This document shows positions 24,898-37,600 of a DNA stretch of 64,000 bases, in pieces. The position numbers were made by a program, and so were the translations under genes. The stretch comes from Lepidodermella squamata (Eukaryota > Animalia > Gastrotricha), in the NCBI GenBank assembly GCA_047495785.1, contig JBLDXI010000019.1, positions 1,364,001 to 1,428,000 on the forward strand. Direction: 5' to 3'. Position 1 is the first letter of the stretch; every line of letters starts with the position of its first letter. Below the pieces are notes generated by a model. The model worked only from the letters and a program-made list of their open reading frames with translations. It did no database searches and had not been told where the DNA came from.

Positions 24898-25971
24898 TTA
24901 ATAATTTTGCTCTGGATTAGAAGGCTGGCTGCCAGCACCGGCACTGGGGTTACTAGTATTCAGGTTTGCTGGAGGAGGTTGAAGATCACGGATTTGTTTG
25001 ATAAGGTAAGACTTCTCGTCTAGGAACTGTTCATCATCTGCTCTATCGGGTTGAAAGGCGGTCAAAAACTGAACAAGCTTGTCCTGATTACGATACAGAA
25101 TTTCGGCTATCGGCTGAGGTTTATTAGGGTTAGCCACGAAAATCTTGAACACGTGAAACGCTTCGAATTGAATGCTTCGACTTTTCTCGCGTAGAAGGTT
25201 CATCATTAGCTTTAGATTATCAGGCTGACCAATATATTTCGTCATTACGGAAAAGTTGTGGCGATCCAACAGCAACTCGCCTAATAGCTTGAGAGCTTGA
25301 CGCTTGGATACGTAGTTTTCTGAAGTTAACAGGCGCTGGTATTCGCCGAAAAAGCGGTCATATTCGGCCTCCAAGAAATTACGAACCAGCAATTTATGCC
25401 GTGTCAATAAATCCCGGAAAGTCGCAAACGCATCGGATGCGATGTCAAATGTTGAAACCTGTATAAGGTCGAAAAATCGATATAACTCTGGCAGAGTAAG
25501 AATGATTCTTGTCAACGACTCGTGTCGCGCACACTCGCGAAGCATTGAGCCAGCCATCAAAGCCACTTCTTGCTCATCATAGCGGGCGATCAAAGCTGTA
25601 ATAAATTCAGGATGGGCACACAAATAATCAACGGTCGGATAACGAGTCCCGATTTGCCGCCGACATACAACGCTGAAGACTTGAGCCACGTCTTTACGGC
25701 CCTCAAAATCGATGCTGGCAAGATGGCGAACAACTAGCAATAGTACGTCAGTGTTGTAAATTTCTTGACAAAGCTGAGCAATGACGTCGGTGGAAGGTTC
25801 TTGATCGGGCTGATTACCCACAAATAATGATTTCAGCTGCGACAAATAGCGGCTCACTTCTTCAACGGTTTTCTCGGTTTTCTTCTCCGGCCGTTCCATA
25901 GCTTGGAATGCCTCTTTCAGGGACTTTACAACTTCCGCAGGTTGCTTGTGTGATTTGAAGAGCCCCTTCAT
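24898..25971 (-). CDS. CAB39: MO25/calcium-binding protein 39, intronless CDS
   Basis: [69 protein letters not shown]. Confidence 0.96.
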   Translation of the reverse strand: MKGLFKSHKQPAEVVKSLKEAFQAMERPEKKTEKTVEEVSRYLSQLKSLFVGNQPDQEPSTDVIAQLCQEIYNTDVLLLVVRHLASIDFEGRKDVAQVFSVVCRRQIGTRYPTVDYLCAHPEFITALIARYDEQEVALMAGSMLRECARHESLTRIILTLPELYRFFDLIQVSTFDIASDAFATFRDLLTRHKLLVRNFLEAEYDRFFGEYQRLLTSENYVSKRQALKLLGELLLDRHNFSVMTKYIGQPDNLKLMMNLLREKSRSIQFEAFHVFKIFVANPNKPQPIAEILYRNQDKLVQFLTAFQPDRADDEQFLDEKSYLIKQIRDLQPPPANLNTSNPSAGAGSQPSNPEQNY

Positions 25972-26586
25972 TATGTCGATTGAATTGCGTCTTTGATTGC
26001 CAATAATAAAATATCATATCTAGAACAAATTTAATGGATAATAAACGCATTGCTTCCTGCTTAAGGATAGGCAATTGTCGATAAACGATAGAGCTTAGTC
26101 GGGTCAAGAGGGGAGCAAGAAGCAAAACTTAAACTATTCTCCTGTTCCCGGGTAGTAGAATTGTGAAAATCGGACATGCCCGGCAAAAACATCTTTAGAA
26201 GAAAATTCGGTGACCACCGAACAACGCGCAAAATAGTCATAGAAAACCGCCAGCTTCACAAGCACCTCAGCTCAGACTATCGACGACTCTGATTCGCCCA
26301 ACTGTTCCTCTACATACCGTACTTACAGCGGGCCGCTCCACCGCGCGGGTTTCAGTCCTCGTGAACTTCGCCAAGCGTAGAGTAAGAGGCTCCCTGTGGA
26401 TTTTCTCACAAAATCGTTGTATACCCTTATAAATAGTTTATACTGGAATTACTTTTTCAACATTAACCCGTATTAAATATGCGTGCTTGATAATTATTTA
26501 TTTTTCTCACATAAATAATGGCCTTGAGAGACCTTACGTTAAGCATCAGCGCAATTTGGCGCGCAGTCCGTGGCGGTGGATGTCCC

Positions 26587-26608
26587 GGGAGGGGTACGGG
26601 GGAGCGGG
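26587..26608 (+). promoter_or_regulatory. Canonical G-quadruplex motif in the GC-rich divergent promoter region between CAB39 and COMMD4/ATP6V1A
   Basis: GGGAGGGGTACGGGGGAGCGGG: four G-tracts of at least 3 with loops of 1-3 nt. Confidence 0.4.
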
Positions 26609-27084
26609 ACGAGTAACGCTGTTTGACGAGCGGCGGTGATGAAGAATTGATCCAAATAGGTTAAATCATATAGCGGGTATCCCTATTCTGGTGAGGCATA
26701 GAGTAATTTATGTTTGATTGAAGGTTGATGTAGTGGTAAGCGTTCAACATTGAGCCATTCGTCGTGTTTCAGGTCCAAAGTAGCCTGTTTCGTTGAAGTA
26801 CTCACTTTGTGTGTGATCTGTACGGGGTGAGGTTATTGCTTTTGTCGATTTTATTATAATTTCATCTTAGGTCTTTCGTCATTCATTAGTGCTGATTTTG
26901 ATGTTCATCTATTTCCCCCTTCCCCAACATATGAAAGGAAATTTGGCCTATTTTACAGGCTTTCTTCATTTACACTTGCTTGGTTTTCTCTTGTCTTTGC
27001 CTCCTTTCGTTCACACACCTGACCATTCGTGACCCCTGATTTATTACTGTTCTTCATTCCACAGGTTAACTTTGAAAATTCGCA

Positions 27085-27753
27085 ATGAGGTTCAGATTTT
27101 GTTACGGTCAAGATTGTCCCGATTGGGTCTTGGAACAGGTCACCGCCGTCTCAAAACAAAGTGCTATTAGATTGAAAACTCTCGTCGGTGAAATCAGCGA
27201 CCACCTCATAAGGAGCAAAGCTGGTTCTTTGTACTCAATTTGTGAAAATGATGCTAGCTCGACCGGTCGGGAGCGTTCTGATTCAAAAAGTGGCAGTCGC
27301 AGCGATATGGCTGCATGTATAGCTTGGATTCTCACCAGTGCGACACGTTCTCGTGTTGCCGATTCCGAACTTGCCAACGAACTTGGTCAGCTAGGTTTGC
27401 CGAAAGAGCATGCAACCGCCATCGCATCGGTTTACCGTGTCAAGTTTGCTGATATTAGCTCTATACTTACCATTTTGTGGTTGCGTCTACATCCATCGGT
27501 CGGCAATGTGACTTGGCGGTTTGAACAGCAGTTGATGTCACCCAACAATTACCATGTTTCTGACCTCACTGGTCCCGTTATCACACTAAACATCGAGTTG
27601 AAAGAAACTCGATCACCCTTTGAAGATTCACTCAACAGGGATAGTGACAAACGAATTGTTGTGTCTCTCGATCAGTTGCGGCTAGCCGTTTTGATTGAAG
27701 AGCTCAAAGTTGCTCTTGACAAGTCCAAGTCGTTGATGCAATCAAATGATTAG
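27085..27753 (+). CDS. COMMD4: COMM domain-containing protein 4
   Basis: MRFRFC..DCPDWVL N-terminus and ELGQLGLPKEHA; C-terminal COMM domain (VTWRFE..ELKVA). Confidence 0.9.
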   Translation: MRFRFCYGQDCPDWVLEQVTAVSKQSAIRLKTLVGEISDHLIRSKAGSLYSICENDASSTGRERSDSKSGSRSDMAACIAWILTSATRSRVADSELANELGQLGLPKEHATAIASVYRVKFADISSILTILWLRLHPSVGNVTWRFEQQLMSPNNYHVSDLTGPVITLNIELKETRSPFEDSLNRDSDKRIVVSLDQLRLAVLIEELKVALDKSKSLMQSND

Positions 27754-27922
27754 CGATATCAATTTTCAATTTAACGTATTACATGTTCATAACACGTATA
27801 TATTTGTCTTAATTTTTGACCTGATGTTGCTTGCAAACTGCTTTTATTATGGATTACGATCACAATCTATGGCTAAATTTTCATCTTTAGGTGTCCTTAA
27901 TAGTATTTAATTAATTTCAAAC

Positions 27923-30080
27923 ATGAACTTTGACAAGTTACCGAAAGTCGGCGACGTCGATAAGGAGTCGCTATACGGTTATGTATCGTCGGTGTCTGGC
28001 CCTGTCGTTGTTGCCACTCACATGGCTGGTGCAGCTATGTACGAGTTGGTGCGTGTCGGTCACGGTGAACTAGTCGGTGAAATCATTCGTCTCGAAAGCG
28101 ACACTGCTACCATTCAAGTCTACGAAGAAACCTGTTAGTAATTGTCATTTTCTCATGTACCAATTTTCATCGGTTTTAACTATTTTAGCTGGCGTCACTG
28201 TTGGAGATCCCGTTCTTCGAACTGGAAAGCCTCTCTCGGTAGAACTTGGCCCTGGTATTGTCGGCGGAATTTTCGACGGTATCCAGCGTCCGTTAACCGA
28301 AATCGGAAAGCTCACCCAGAACATCTACATCCCTCGTGGTGTCAACGTCCCAGCTCTGGATCGCAAGGCAAAGTGGGATTTTGAACCTCAACATCTTCAG
28401 GTCTAGTGACCTAATTTTCATATTTTTGTTTTATTCTCTATTGTTGTTCTAAAGGTCGGTCAACACATTACTGGCGGCGATATTTACGGTATCGTATATG
28501 AAAACACACTCGTTCGCCATAGAATCATGTTGCCACCACGCGAACATGGTACCATTACATGGCTAGCAGAGCCGGGCTCATACACTGTTGAGGTAATATT
28601 ATCAACTACTACATCTTATTAACTTTGCGTGTTCAGTTATTATACTTCGTAATCACGCTTCTTAATGCTTAAAGCGATGGCTAAAGCGTTAAATCTCGTT
28701 GAATGTGTAGTGATGAAAATGTGTTTATTCATAGGATGTTCTCCTTGAGATCGAATTCGCTGGTGAGCGCAAGCGCTTCACCATGTTGCAAGTGTGGCCT
28801 GTACGTCAGATGCGTCCAGTTGCTGAGAAATTGGCTGGAAACCACCCCCTTCTCACTGGTCAGCGTGTCTTGGATGCGTTGTTCCCCTGCGTGCAGGGTG
28901 GTACCACTGCCATTCCCGGAGCTTTCGGTTGCGGCAAAACCGTCATCTCACAGGCTTTGTCGAAGTGGTCCAACTCTGACGTCATTATCTACGTCGGTTG
29001 TGGTGAGCGTGGTAACGAGATGTCTGAGGTACTGCGTGATTTCCCTGAGCTGACAACCAACGTCGGCGGCAAGGAGGTTTCTATCATGGAGCGAACTGGC
29101 CTCGTCGCCAACACCTCGAACATGCCTGTCGCTGCGCGTGAGGCTTCCATCTACACCGGTATCACACTGGCCGAGTATTTCCGAGACATGGGCTTCAACG
29201 TGTCTATGATGGCCGACTCGACCTCGCGTTGGGCCGAGGCGTTGCGAGAAATCTCCGGTCGTCTCGCTGAGATGCCTGCCGAGTCCGGCTACCCAGCCTA
29301 TCTAGGTGCTCGTCTTGCTTCCTTCTACGAGCGCGCCGGCCGCGTGCGATGCCTCGGAAACCCCGGCCGAGAGGGATCGGTTACCATTGTCGGTGCCGTC
29401 TCGCCGCCTGGTGGTGATTTCGCCGACCCTGTCACTATGCAGACGCTCAACATCGTACAGGTGTTTTGGGGTCTCGACAAGAAACTCGCGCAACGCAAGC
29501 ACTTCCCTTCGGTCAACTGGCTGATTTCCTACTCGAAGTACTTGAACGCTCTCGATGAGTATTACGAGAAGAATTTCCCTGAATTCATCGCCCTCCGTGC
29601 GAAAGCGAAGGAAATTCTCCAGGAAGAAGAAGATTTGTCTGAAATCGTACAGCTTGTCGGTAAGGGTTCGCTGGCCGAGGGCGATAAGATCACTCTGGAA
29701 GTCGCGAAAATGATCAAGGAAGATTTCCTCCAACAGAACAGCTATTCGTCTTACGATCGGTGAGTCTTTATAATTATGAGTATGCTTTCTAAAATTGCAT
29801 TTTATTCCTCAGTTACTGCCCATTCTACAAAACCGTGAACATGCTTCGCAACATTATCGCCTTCTACGATTTGGCTAAGCACTCTGTTGAATCGACTGCC
29901 CAATCCGAGCGAAAAATCACATTCGCCAACATTCGTGACCACATGAATGATACCATCTACAAACTCACTAGCATGAAGTTCAAGGAGCCGAAGGAGGGCG
30001 AAACCAAGCTCAGGGGTGAATTTGACGAGTTGAACGAGGAGCTTCAGAACAAATTCCGCACTTTGGAAGATTTGGCGTAG
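27923..30080 (+). CDS. ATP6V1A: V-type proton ATPase catalytic subunit A, 5 exons
   Basis: [15 protein letters not shown]; Walker A GAFGCGKT; GCGERGNEM; [19 protein letters not shown]; exons about 27923-28133, 28189-28400, 28455-28592, 28735-29759, 29813-30080. Confidence 0.98.
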
Positions 30081-31341
30081 AAAAATATTCAAACATTGAT
30101 TTCATTCAATTATTGAAAAATATTAATAATGATAATGTTGAATGTCATTGCCACCTTTTGATTATAATTCACAGCTTCGTTTTTCCATCGTCTATTTTAT
30201 TAGCTGATTGTGCTGCATTTTCATGAGTACCTACAATAATTGTGAAATGAGAGAATAGAACAACGATTTTGCGCATGGCGGAAATTGCTGGCAAAGTATT
30301 TATTTCTACGTACATAATAAGAAAGAGAGTATTTGATTGGTATGATTCTATATTTTTCTCTGGTATCAACTTTGTGAATAGACTGTGACATGATCTAATC
30401 GTTCGATTGATTTTCTCGAGATTCACCTAACCGGCTTTAATGTTGGTAATAAAAGTGCACTCCATGTTGTGCGATGAAGCGTCTGTGGTTCGTCTTCTTG
30501 CTGGTTGTTGATTACTGTAATAAGATGAAACTCCCGTTTTCTGTTAAATAACAAATTTAGTGATTTGCGCGTATTTTTGATTTTTACATTTATGCATCTC
30601 TTCATTCAAGTGCAACCTTTTTATTTCTATTGAATTCCTTCAATCACGACCCGTGTGGCGAATATGCCATTTTCGTGCGTTTGAAACTCAGGTGCCATTC
30701 CATGATAACTGTACGAAAAAATGAATAATATTATTTATTTAACCGGAATGATGATGATGTTGACTTTTACATCGCAGTGCTTTAAAATGAAATGGGATGT
30801 GTAATGAAAACATGATTTCTATCTGGTGGAAACATGTTTTAGCATCTAGTTCAATCACAAATTCTAACTATCAAAAACGTCGAAAGACCCAAATATTATT
30901 CTATCATTATTTACGCGCACTTTTCAACTCCTAATCATCTTAGTCTTTTCGCAGCGTTTCTGTCAATCTAATTATTGTAATTTCGCCTTTCGTCTGTGTA
31001 AGTAAAAATTAGTCATGATGCATTATGATCGTTGCTATTAGTGTTGGAATAAAAAACTGCATGAAAAATCGTAGCAACTCTTGTGGTCTTGTTCACATCT
31101 GTATGTGGCAAAATATAGAACAAAAGAGCGGACCCGTGAATATCCGGTAATCGATAAACCAAGGTAGAAGCATTCCTTTTTCAATCCCAGAGAAATTCCT
31201 ATCGATATTTTCATAAAAATATCGCTAACCCGATTGCAATCGAACTATCAATTATTTTGAAGTATGTATATATTAGCAAAGAGGGCAGTGTTATAGTCAC
31301 TTCGTTAATCACCGTCGGCTAGTTGAACGGAAAAAGCGTTA

Positions 31342-32559
31342 ATCAATCATGCTAATTGTTTTCGGATCGTACGATATCCAGCCTAAAATTTCGGTAGCAG
31401 TTTGACAGCTCGTACATCATTAGGATCACATCGAATCGGAAGCAGTGTTTCCTTGTGAGGGTGTTATCATAATAGCGTAGTGCCTCTCTGAAAGATGGAT
31501 GACGCCATTTTCCGAGGGTAGCTATAAGTATACTCAAACATAAACAGTTATACGGCCTACTTTTATTGACAGCAGTCGTTGCTCAGGCGGTGGCGAAGCA
31601 CCGAAAAAAAATCACCCGCGCGCGTCTGCCAATCAATCAAATTCATGAGGAGTCGGTAGCACACGGTATTCACAGGGAAAGCTTATTTCGATGCTCTCAA
31701 TCATTTATGATTCCTCATCGCATGAGCCTTCAGTCAAAAATATAGACGCACCAGATTTGGTATTTTTTCAAACATTCCCTGCCAGGAAGAACAACTACAT
31801 CATAACGCATTATTAGGGATGTAAAATATCTTAAACCAATTATTTTACCTTTAAATCCGTCAGCGTTCAGAGACTTTTGCAGGATTTTTCGTCGAAAGCT
31901 TGAGGTCGCTGTTGCATAATAATTTGGTTTTCAAGGCACGCGCGCGTCTTTTCTTGCTACCGCATGCAAACACGAGCGCGGTTCTCTCCTTACGTAACAG
32001 AAAGTGACGTCGTTGTTTTCACCGTTTAAAAATAATTGCTCATATATATCTTTTATAGGTGTGTACTGATCATAGCCTCCATCGCAATAATTTTGTGAGT
32101 TTCGGCTCTGAATACAGTACCTAACTTTAGACGTGCAATTGCAAATAATTCTCGACAATTTATCTCTTTTTGTGCATTTAGCTTTGATTTATGCGCCAGC
32201 TTTGAGTGATGCCCCAGCCAACGTTGACATGTATCCCTCAAGCCTGCGCGGCCATTAATCACTCACAGCCCAGCGATGTTTTTCATCTTGACACCAATTA
32301 ATAAAGCCCCAATAATATTCCCATATGTAAAGATGAGCGCGCAAACATCCCAATTTTAAAATAGCCTCAAGCGCTATGCGCGTTTTCAAATGACTATTTA
32401 AATCTCGCTGTTTAAAATTTTCGTAGCTCATGTACTCCCTACGAATTTTTAATAATATTATTTCCCGAATCTACTCTGAAATAGTTTTAATTGTCACTAA
32501 AATATTGTAATCATTTCGAATAATGTCGGCATATCTAGAAGGGTTTTCCCGCCTTTGAT
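31342..32559. promoter_or_regulatory. Candidate enhancer with Hox-Pbx, Meis and TCF motifs upstream of the teashirt-like gene
   Basis: TGATTGAT (reverse strand, 31342 and within 31629-31640), TGATTTATG 32185, TGATTAATGG (reverse strand 32252-32261), TGACAG 31403 and 31567, CTTTGAT 32182 and 32553. Confidence 0.4.
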
Positions 32560-32827
32560 TGAACCGCCTTGGAAAAATATTATCTTTATACAATAGCATA
32601 TGTCCGGCCGGAGGTTTATTTAATTTACATAGGGTCTTCGAATAATAGGATGATTTTTTTAAGCGGGTCTTGGTCGCGTGCGAAACCGCCTTCCTCATTG
32701 CCGCCACAAACATTGTTTCGCAACAGCCACGTTTTAACTATGCACTCAATATTCCATTTTTTGCAGGGTTACGTAACAAGCTAATTTTCTGAATCGTTTT
32801 CCGGACTGCATTGTGTATTATCAATCG

Positions 32828-34590
32828 ATGATAAATACAACTTCCGCTCATTCGATAGCCAATAAAAATAACCGTGCGATATCGGTTGCGAATAAAAACC
32901 CTGTGATGGCCAATACCAGTGATGAACATGCGCCGCTCGATTTGTCGATTATGGGCAGCCGAAAAAGGCCCGCTCAAATTATCAAGCCGATAAGCTCTAC
33001 CGCACCAAGTTCGTCTAGGTCTGAGCCAACAAACTTGTCCTCAAATGCATCTCAACGTCGCGCAAATTTTGAAGCGCCTACGATGCCGTTTCAGATGCCG
33101 CATAATGCGGGTGTGCAGAGCGAAGCCTACCCGTTCGGACCTACCCCTTCTGCTATGCCATCACCTTTCATGATGCAACATCCACTGCTTTATCTACCTG
33201 GCTTCACCAACCCTTCAAACTGGCCGCCTGGCTCTTCAGCAGTAGCAGCGCAGCTTCAAAACCCGCAAATTTCGGCGATGGCAAAGCAGCAACACCTGGC
33301 AGCCCTTCAACAACTGCAAGTTCCTGTTCCATTGGCTTTGCTGCAACACGCCGCTGCTCTGGGTGATATTCACGCGTTGAGCTATGCCCAAAACCTACAA
33401 CGGGCTTCAGCGCTCGCCAGCATGAACAACCAAGCCAGTGCCAAGAACTTGAATGGTGAATATTAGTAACTTTTAACATTGTCCAAGCGGTTGACTGTTG
33501 TTTGTAAAAATTATAATTTTGCGCCTAACGTTGATTGTTTTGTGAACAGGCACTTTTGGTAACGATCAAGAATTGGGTCGCCGAGCTCCATTCCAATCGC
33601 CGCTCACAACGCCACCTCCATCTAAAATCGCTCGACAACAGTTGCCAAATCAACAGCCGTTTACCAGCGTACATCAACAACAACAACGGCCAGCGATTGC
33701 TCACAGCCGATCTAGCAGTGAAATCGCGTCGATGAGGGCTCATACAAACGCCCATCCGCACCACCAAAAAATGTATGCCGATCCCCGACTAATGGCCAAT
33801 TCAAGTAACAACAATTCTTGGACTGAGGATACTGTTAAACAGGTCAATACTTGCTTGATTTGTCGGAAATCGTTCGATTCCCTGCCTGCGCTTACTCAAC
33901 ATATGGTAAATTTTGCGTTTTCTTTTCGGCTAAGTTGCTAATTTGCTTCTGTGTAGGCTGAAACGAAACATTTCAAAACGATTTGCGGCGGCGGTGGTGG
34001 GAATGGGTCTAGTATGGTTCCGCCTCCGAATGTTCGGAGGTCAACTTCTGGACTGCCTGAATCGCTTTCAGGTTCCGGTTTAAACCATGCCCCACTAGCA
34101 CTCACAATGTCAACTCTAAGCAATTCTCCAAGCGACCTTCGAAGAGATGCGAGCTGTTCGGGTTCCACCGCCGCTCTTGCGATGACACCTCCATGCACAC
34201 CGGTTGACAATAAGCGTTATTCAGCCCAGCGCCCTTCAGCACCACTTCTCCCCCGTGAGGGTAATTTTTCGAAAATAATTTCCCATATTCTTTTGGATTA
34301 AAACATGGAACCTTTTAGCTTCAACTTTTCCGACTCCCTCTAGCAATGAAGGTGGGGACGATGCGTTGGAAGTTGACAGTGAACGGTCATTTGCCGAAAA
34401 GAAAGCTGGTTCGCAAAAGCCAGCGGATGATTCGCCAGCAAATCTGAGCGCATCGTCTTTCGCGTCTGACAATGGCAACGCCCTCACTCAACTTTGCCAG
34501 TTCGTCGACTCTGCCGAACAACTGACTAAAGCGGACTCTCCGGCTTCGCTGAAAACCGCCGCTGAAAATCAAGCCGAAATTTCATCTTAA
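32828..34590 (+). CDS. Teashirt/tiptop-like C2H2 zinc-finger repressor, 4 exons
   Basis: CtBP-binding PLDLS; tsh-type finger CLICRKSFDSLPALTQHM|AETKHF split by an intron; C-terminal NALTQLCQFV resembling the tsh P-L-x-x-L-Q motif; ORFs 32813, 33573, 34014 and 34366 join in frame through GT-AG introns. Confidence 0.7.
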
Positions 34591-34931
34591 CAGGAATAAC
34601 TACTTTTAGAATCGTTTGTGTTTACGCTGTTATGGATACGTTAGAGTGATACTGATTGCGGTCAATCAATTCTATGCTAAGTTGATAATAAAATTCACGA
34701 ATGCTGCTAATCGTTTTAAAGTTTTCGTTATTGAATATGATAAACAGCTTAATTATACAGGCTTATTCGGCGCCCTTTTGTCTCGACTTAGCGCCCTCTG
34801 ATTCAGCGCTCTTGAAAACATTATTTGACCAGGTAGAATCATTCTAAATTTACCGATTTTAAAATGATAATACACGTGCAAGCTTGAGCGTTTGGCCATA
34901 TCCATCTCACTGCCTGTTATTCACTTACTTG

Positions 34932-35680
34932 TTATCGTTTAACCGGTGCTCCTCCAACCAACCTGAATGAAAAATGAGGTTCCCGGTAGCGTAATATCAA
35001 CCGTAAAACAGATAAGCAGGGAGAACAAATCAAGTTTTCGGTGGGAACCGAGTGGAACCGGGTATGCCAGAAGGTCACCATAAAGAAATCTCGACATAGC
35101 AGAGCCAACCGAGTGGGCACAGCCACACCGTGTTTCGTTGGACCTAAAAAAGCGCATAGACATTAGGTTCTCAAACCCGCGCTTTAAGTGTGGCCCAAGG
35201 GCCAGATGGCTGAGGATCCAAAGCCTCCTGATTCCTGATCACGCCGGACAAGAAACGACGACCATTCTCGGCCTCGAATAGTGTCATGGGTCCCGGTTGC
35301 GTGGCCGACGAAGGCTATTGCAGAGGAGGCCGATCAAAGTAGCTGTTGCCACGTCGAGAGTTGACGTATGGACCCCAACGGGGAGGTCCGAACTGGTTGC
35401 TGTTGTGTTCGCCATGGTGATTACAGTCGTCTTCGAAGTAGATTTCGTCGTCGTAGTCGTGTGGAGCAGCCATTGTGAGGTGGTGGCAAGCGGCCGGGTG
35501 GGACTTTTCCATAGCCGCCCGATCCTTTTTGGTAGGAATTTTGTCTCGGGAATCGTTCCGGGCCCCTCTGGCCCCCTTGGCCGCTGGGTCCAGCCGGAGG
35601 CTTTTCAGCTCCGATCCTCCTCCAGGCGAGTTATCCGGGTTTCCTGATCCTCCGGTTGTTGGTCGCTAGCATCCGCCATC
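34932..35680 (-). other. GC-rich, coding-like but interrupted segment (decayed orphan gene or TE-derived sequence)
   Basis: Composition contrasts with AT-rich flanks; short Pro/Gly/Asp-rich ORFs (e.g. 35315-35512) with no recognisable domain. Confidence 0.25.
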
Positions 35681-35859
35681 ATAGGGATTATTCGACGTAA
35701 AATTAATAGTATAAAGCACGTGCTTAAAATCGCAAAAAAGCAACTTGCTTTTAGAACCTAAAAGTGGAATTTAACAAATATAATTAAACTCAGAAAATTT
35801 AATATTCAATCGCAGATATAAGATACAATTAAAATTAAAATTAAAAATCCGAGCTTTAA

Positions 35860-35945
35860 AAATGTGGGGGCCTCATAGAATCGAACCCGTGGCGCCCGCA
35901 AAACTGGATTTTGGTATAAAAGCCAATATGTCCATTATGCTATGC
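35860..35945 (-). repeat. tRNA-like Pol III promoter relic (SINE head or tRNA pseudogene)
   Basis: Minus strand: A box TAGCATAATGG (35942-35932), B box GGTTCGATTCT (35887-35877), then a T-run; no proper cloverleaf. Confidence 0.45.
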
Positions 35946-36342
35946 TATAGTGCAAAAAGTATGAGCCCAATGCTAAAACGGATTTCGCCATTCGAAAGAG
36001 CAGGGTCGATTACCCCTGCCCAATAGGCTGGGTGACATTTAGTTCTGAAAAATTTGATCTTGAGAGAATTGCAAAGATTTAAAATTACCTACGTTTTTCC
36101 GATTTATCTCATTTCTTTTGTGTAGATATGAAAAATGTTTGCCAGGCATGCTTACTTGTTGCCGCACTACTTCAGCGATAAGACAAGGGTTACTTTTTCA
36201 GGGTTTAAACCGGTTTATACCGGTTTACACTAGTGTGAGTGTGACACATAGATAACTTTGTTATTTATCTATGGTGCGACAGCAGGGATGCGTAGGCGCC
36301 TCTTTGAGCGCTCTTATAAGCGCCTCTGAACTAAGCTTCTTC

Positions 36343-37085
36343 ATGAACCAGCACCATGTATCGTTTCACTACATCAATTCGGTCCATCTTCAAAAAATCA
36401 ACGGTAATAAAATTGATCTTCCTTTTAATTACCTTCTAACACATTATTTTTATTTACCTATATTTTTGGGTTTAAGCAAGTTAAGGCAGCTGGATCGCTG
36501 CAGAGTATCATTGATAAACATGCACCTGTCGATCTGCGCAAGCGTCTTCGTTGGCGCGATACGGTCACACAGCCAATTTCTTTCATGGTCAATCGTTTTA
36601 CAATCCGTCGAGATCTGACAAGTGAGATGGCTTACCTTCAAAGCCGCAACCGAGTCGGCTCGATGGAAATGTTCAAAGCGCTGATGGACACATCACTATT
36701 TGACTGCCAGCCTTTGGCAGATATTCGCGTTGCTTTAGGTAAACTATTGATTTATTAATTGACAAACATGGAACAAAATACAAGCCTTGTTCAACAGAGA
36801 AATTAATTTAGAAATTGTTTGAATTCTCACGACCTCTATTTTTGTATATTTGTCATTTCAACTACAGTTGAAAAGCTCGGACGCAATGTCTTGACGGCAC
36901 TCTTGAATGGCCGCGGTTCTACGCAACAGCAGCAGCAGCTCTTCGAAGAGCTGATAGCTCGCGAGGCAGAAATTGCTGCCGCTATCGCCGTTGCTGCTCG
37001 ATGGCCAAACATGCTCGCCTGGATCTCGGCATTTGGCATTACTCCCAAAGACCTGCTGGCTTTGATTCTCGCTCTACTGCTCTAA
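36343..37085 (+). CDS. Orphan protein of about 165 aa with a hydrophobic C-terminus, 3 putative exons (36343-36357, 36477-36738, 36868-37085)
   Basis: In-frame GT-AG joins give MNQHH|QVKAAGSLQSIIDKHAP..DIRVAL|VEKLGRNVLTALL..LLALILALLL*; AATAAA near 37188. Confidence 0.45.
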
Positions 37086-37224
37086 AAAGACGCATATCAT
37101 GCAATATGTTAAACTGATCAAGCCCACGTGATTTTTTAATTTTGAGGTCTTGTTTTTATTTATCCAAGATAGGCAGAGGCTGTGTGTAATAAAGCCTTCG
37201 GATTACTCATGCATTTTAGATATA

Positions 37225-37445
37225 CAGGGACCGGCAGAAGTTATTCTACAGACGCATTACTTATTATCATTATTGTCATCATTAGGAGTCATTTGACCGT
37301 CAATTTCTTCAACTTCTTCAACCCCATACGCGAAATTTCGGCACGAAAATGAAGAAGTTGAAGAAATTGACGGTCGCATGACTCCCAATGATGACAATAA
37401 TGATAATAAGTAATGCGTCTGTAGAATAACTTCTGCCGGTCCCTG
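37225..37445. mobile_element. Fold-back/MITE element, 221 bp with 96-bp inverted arms
   Basis: 37225-37320 is the reverse complement of 37350-37445 with 3 mismatches; 29-nt spacer; CAGGG...CCCTG termini. Confidence 0.85.
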
Positions 37446-37600
37446 CTGTATTCGTCAGCTATTTTTCGTGTGTTTCAATGTCTGATTAACTCATCGCATA
37501 TTGGACACGGTTTATGGTTTACTACCTAAGTTGATTAACCGTCCCCAATTAAAAAAAAATTGAAAAACGAAAACATCGCCGCGGCCTTGAATATTAGCAT

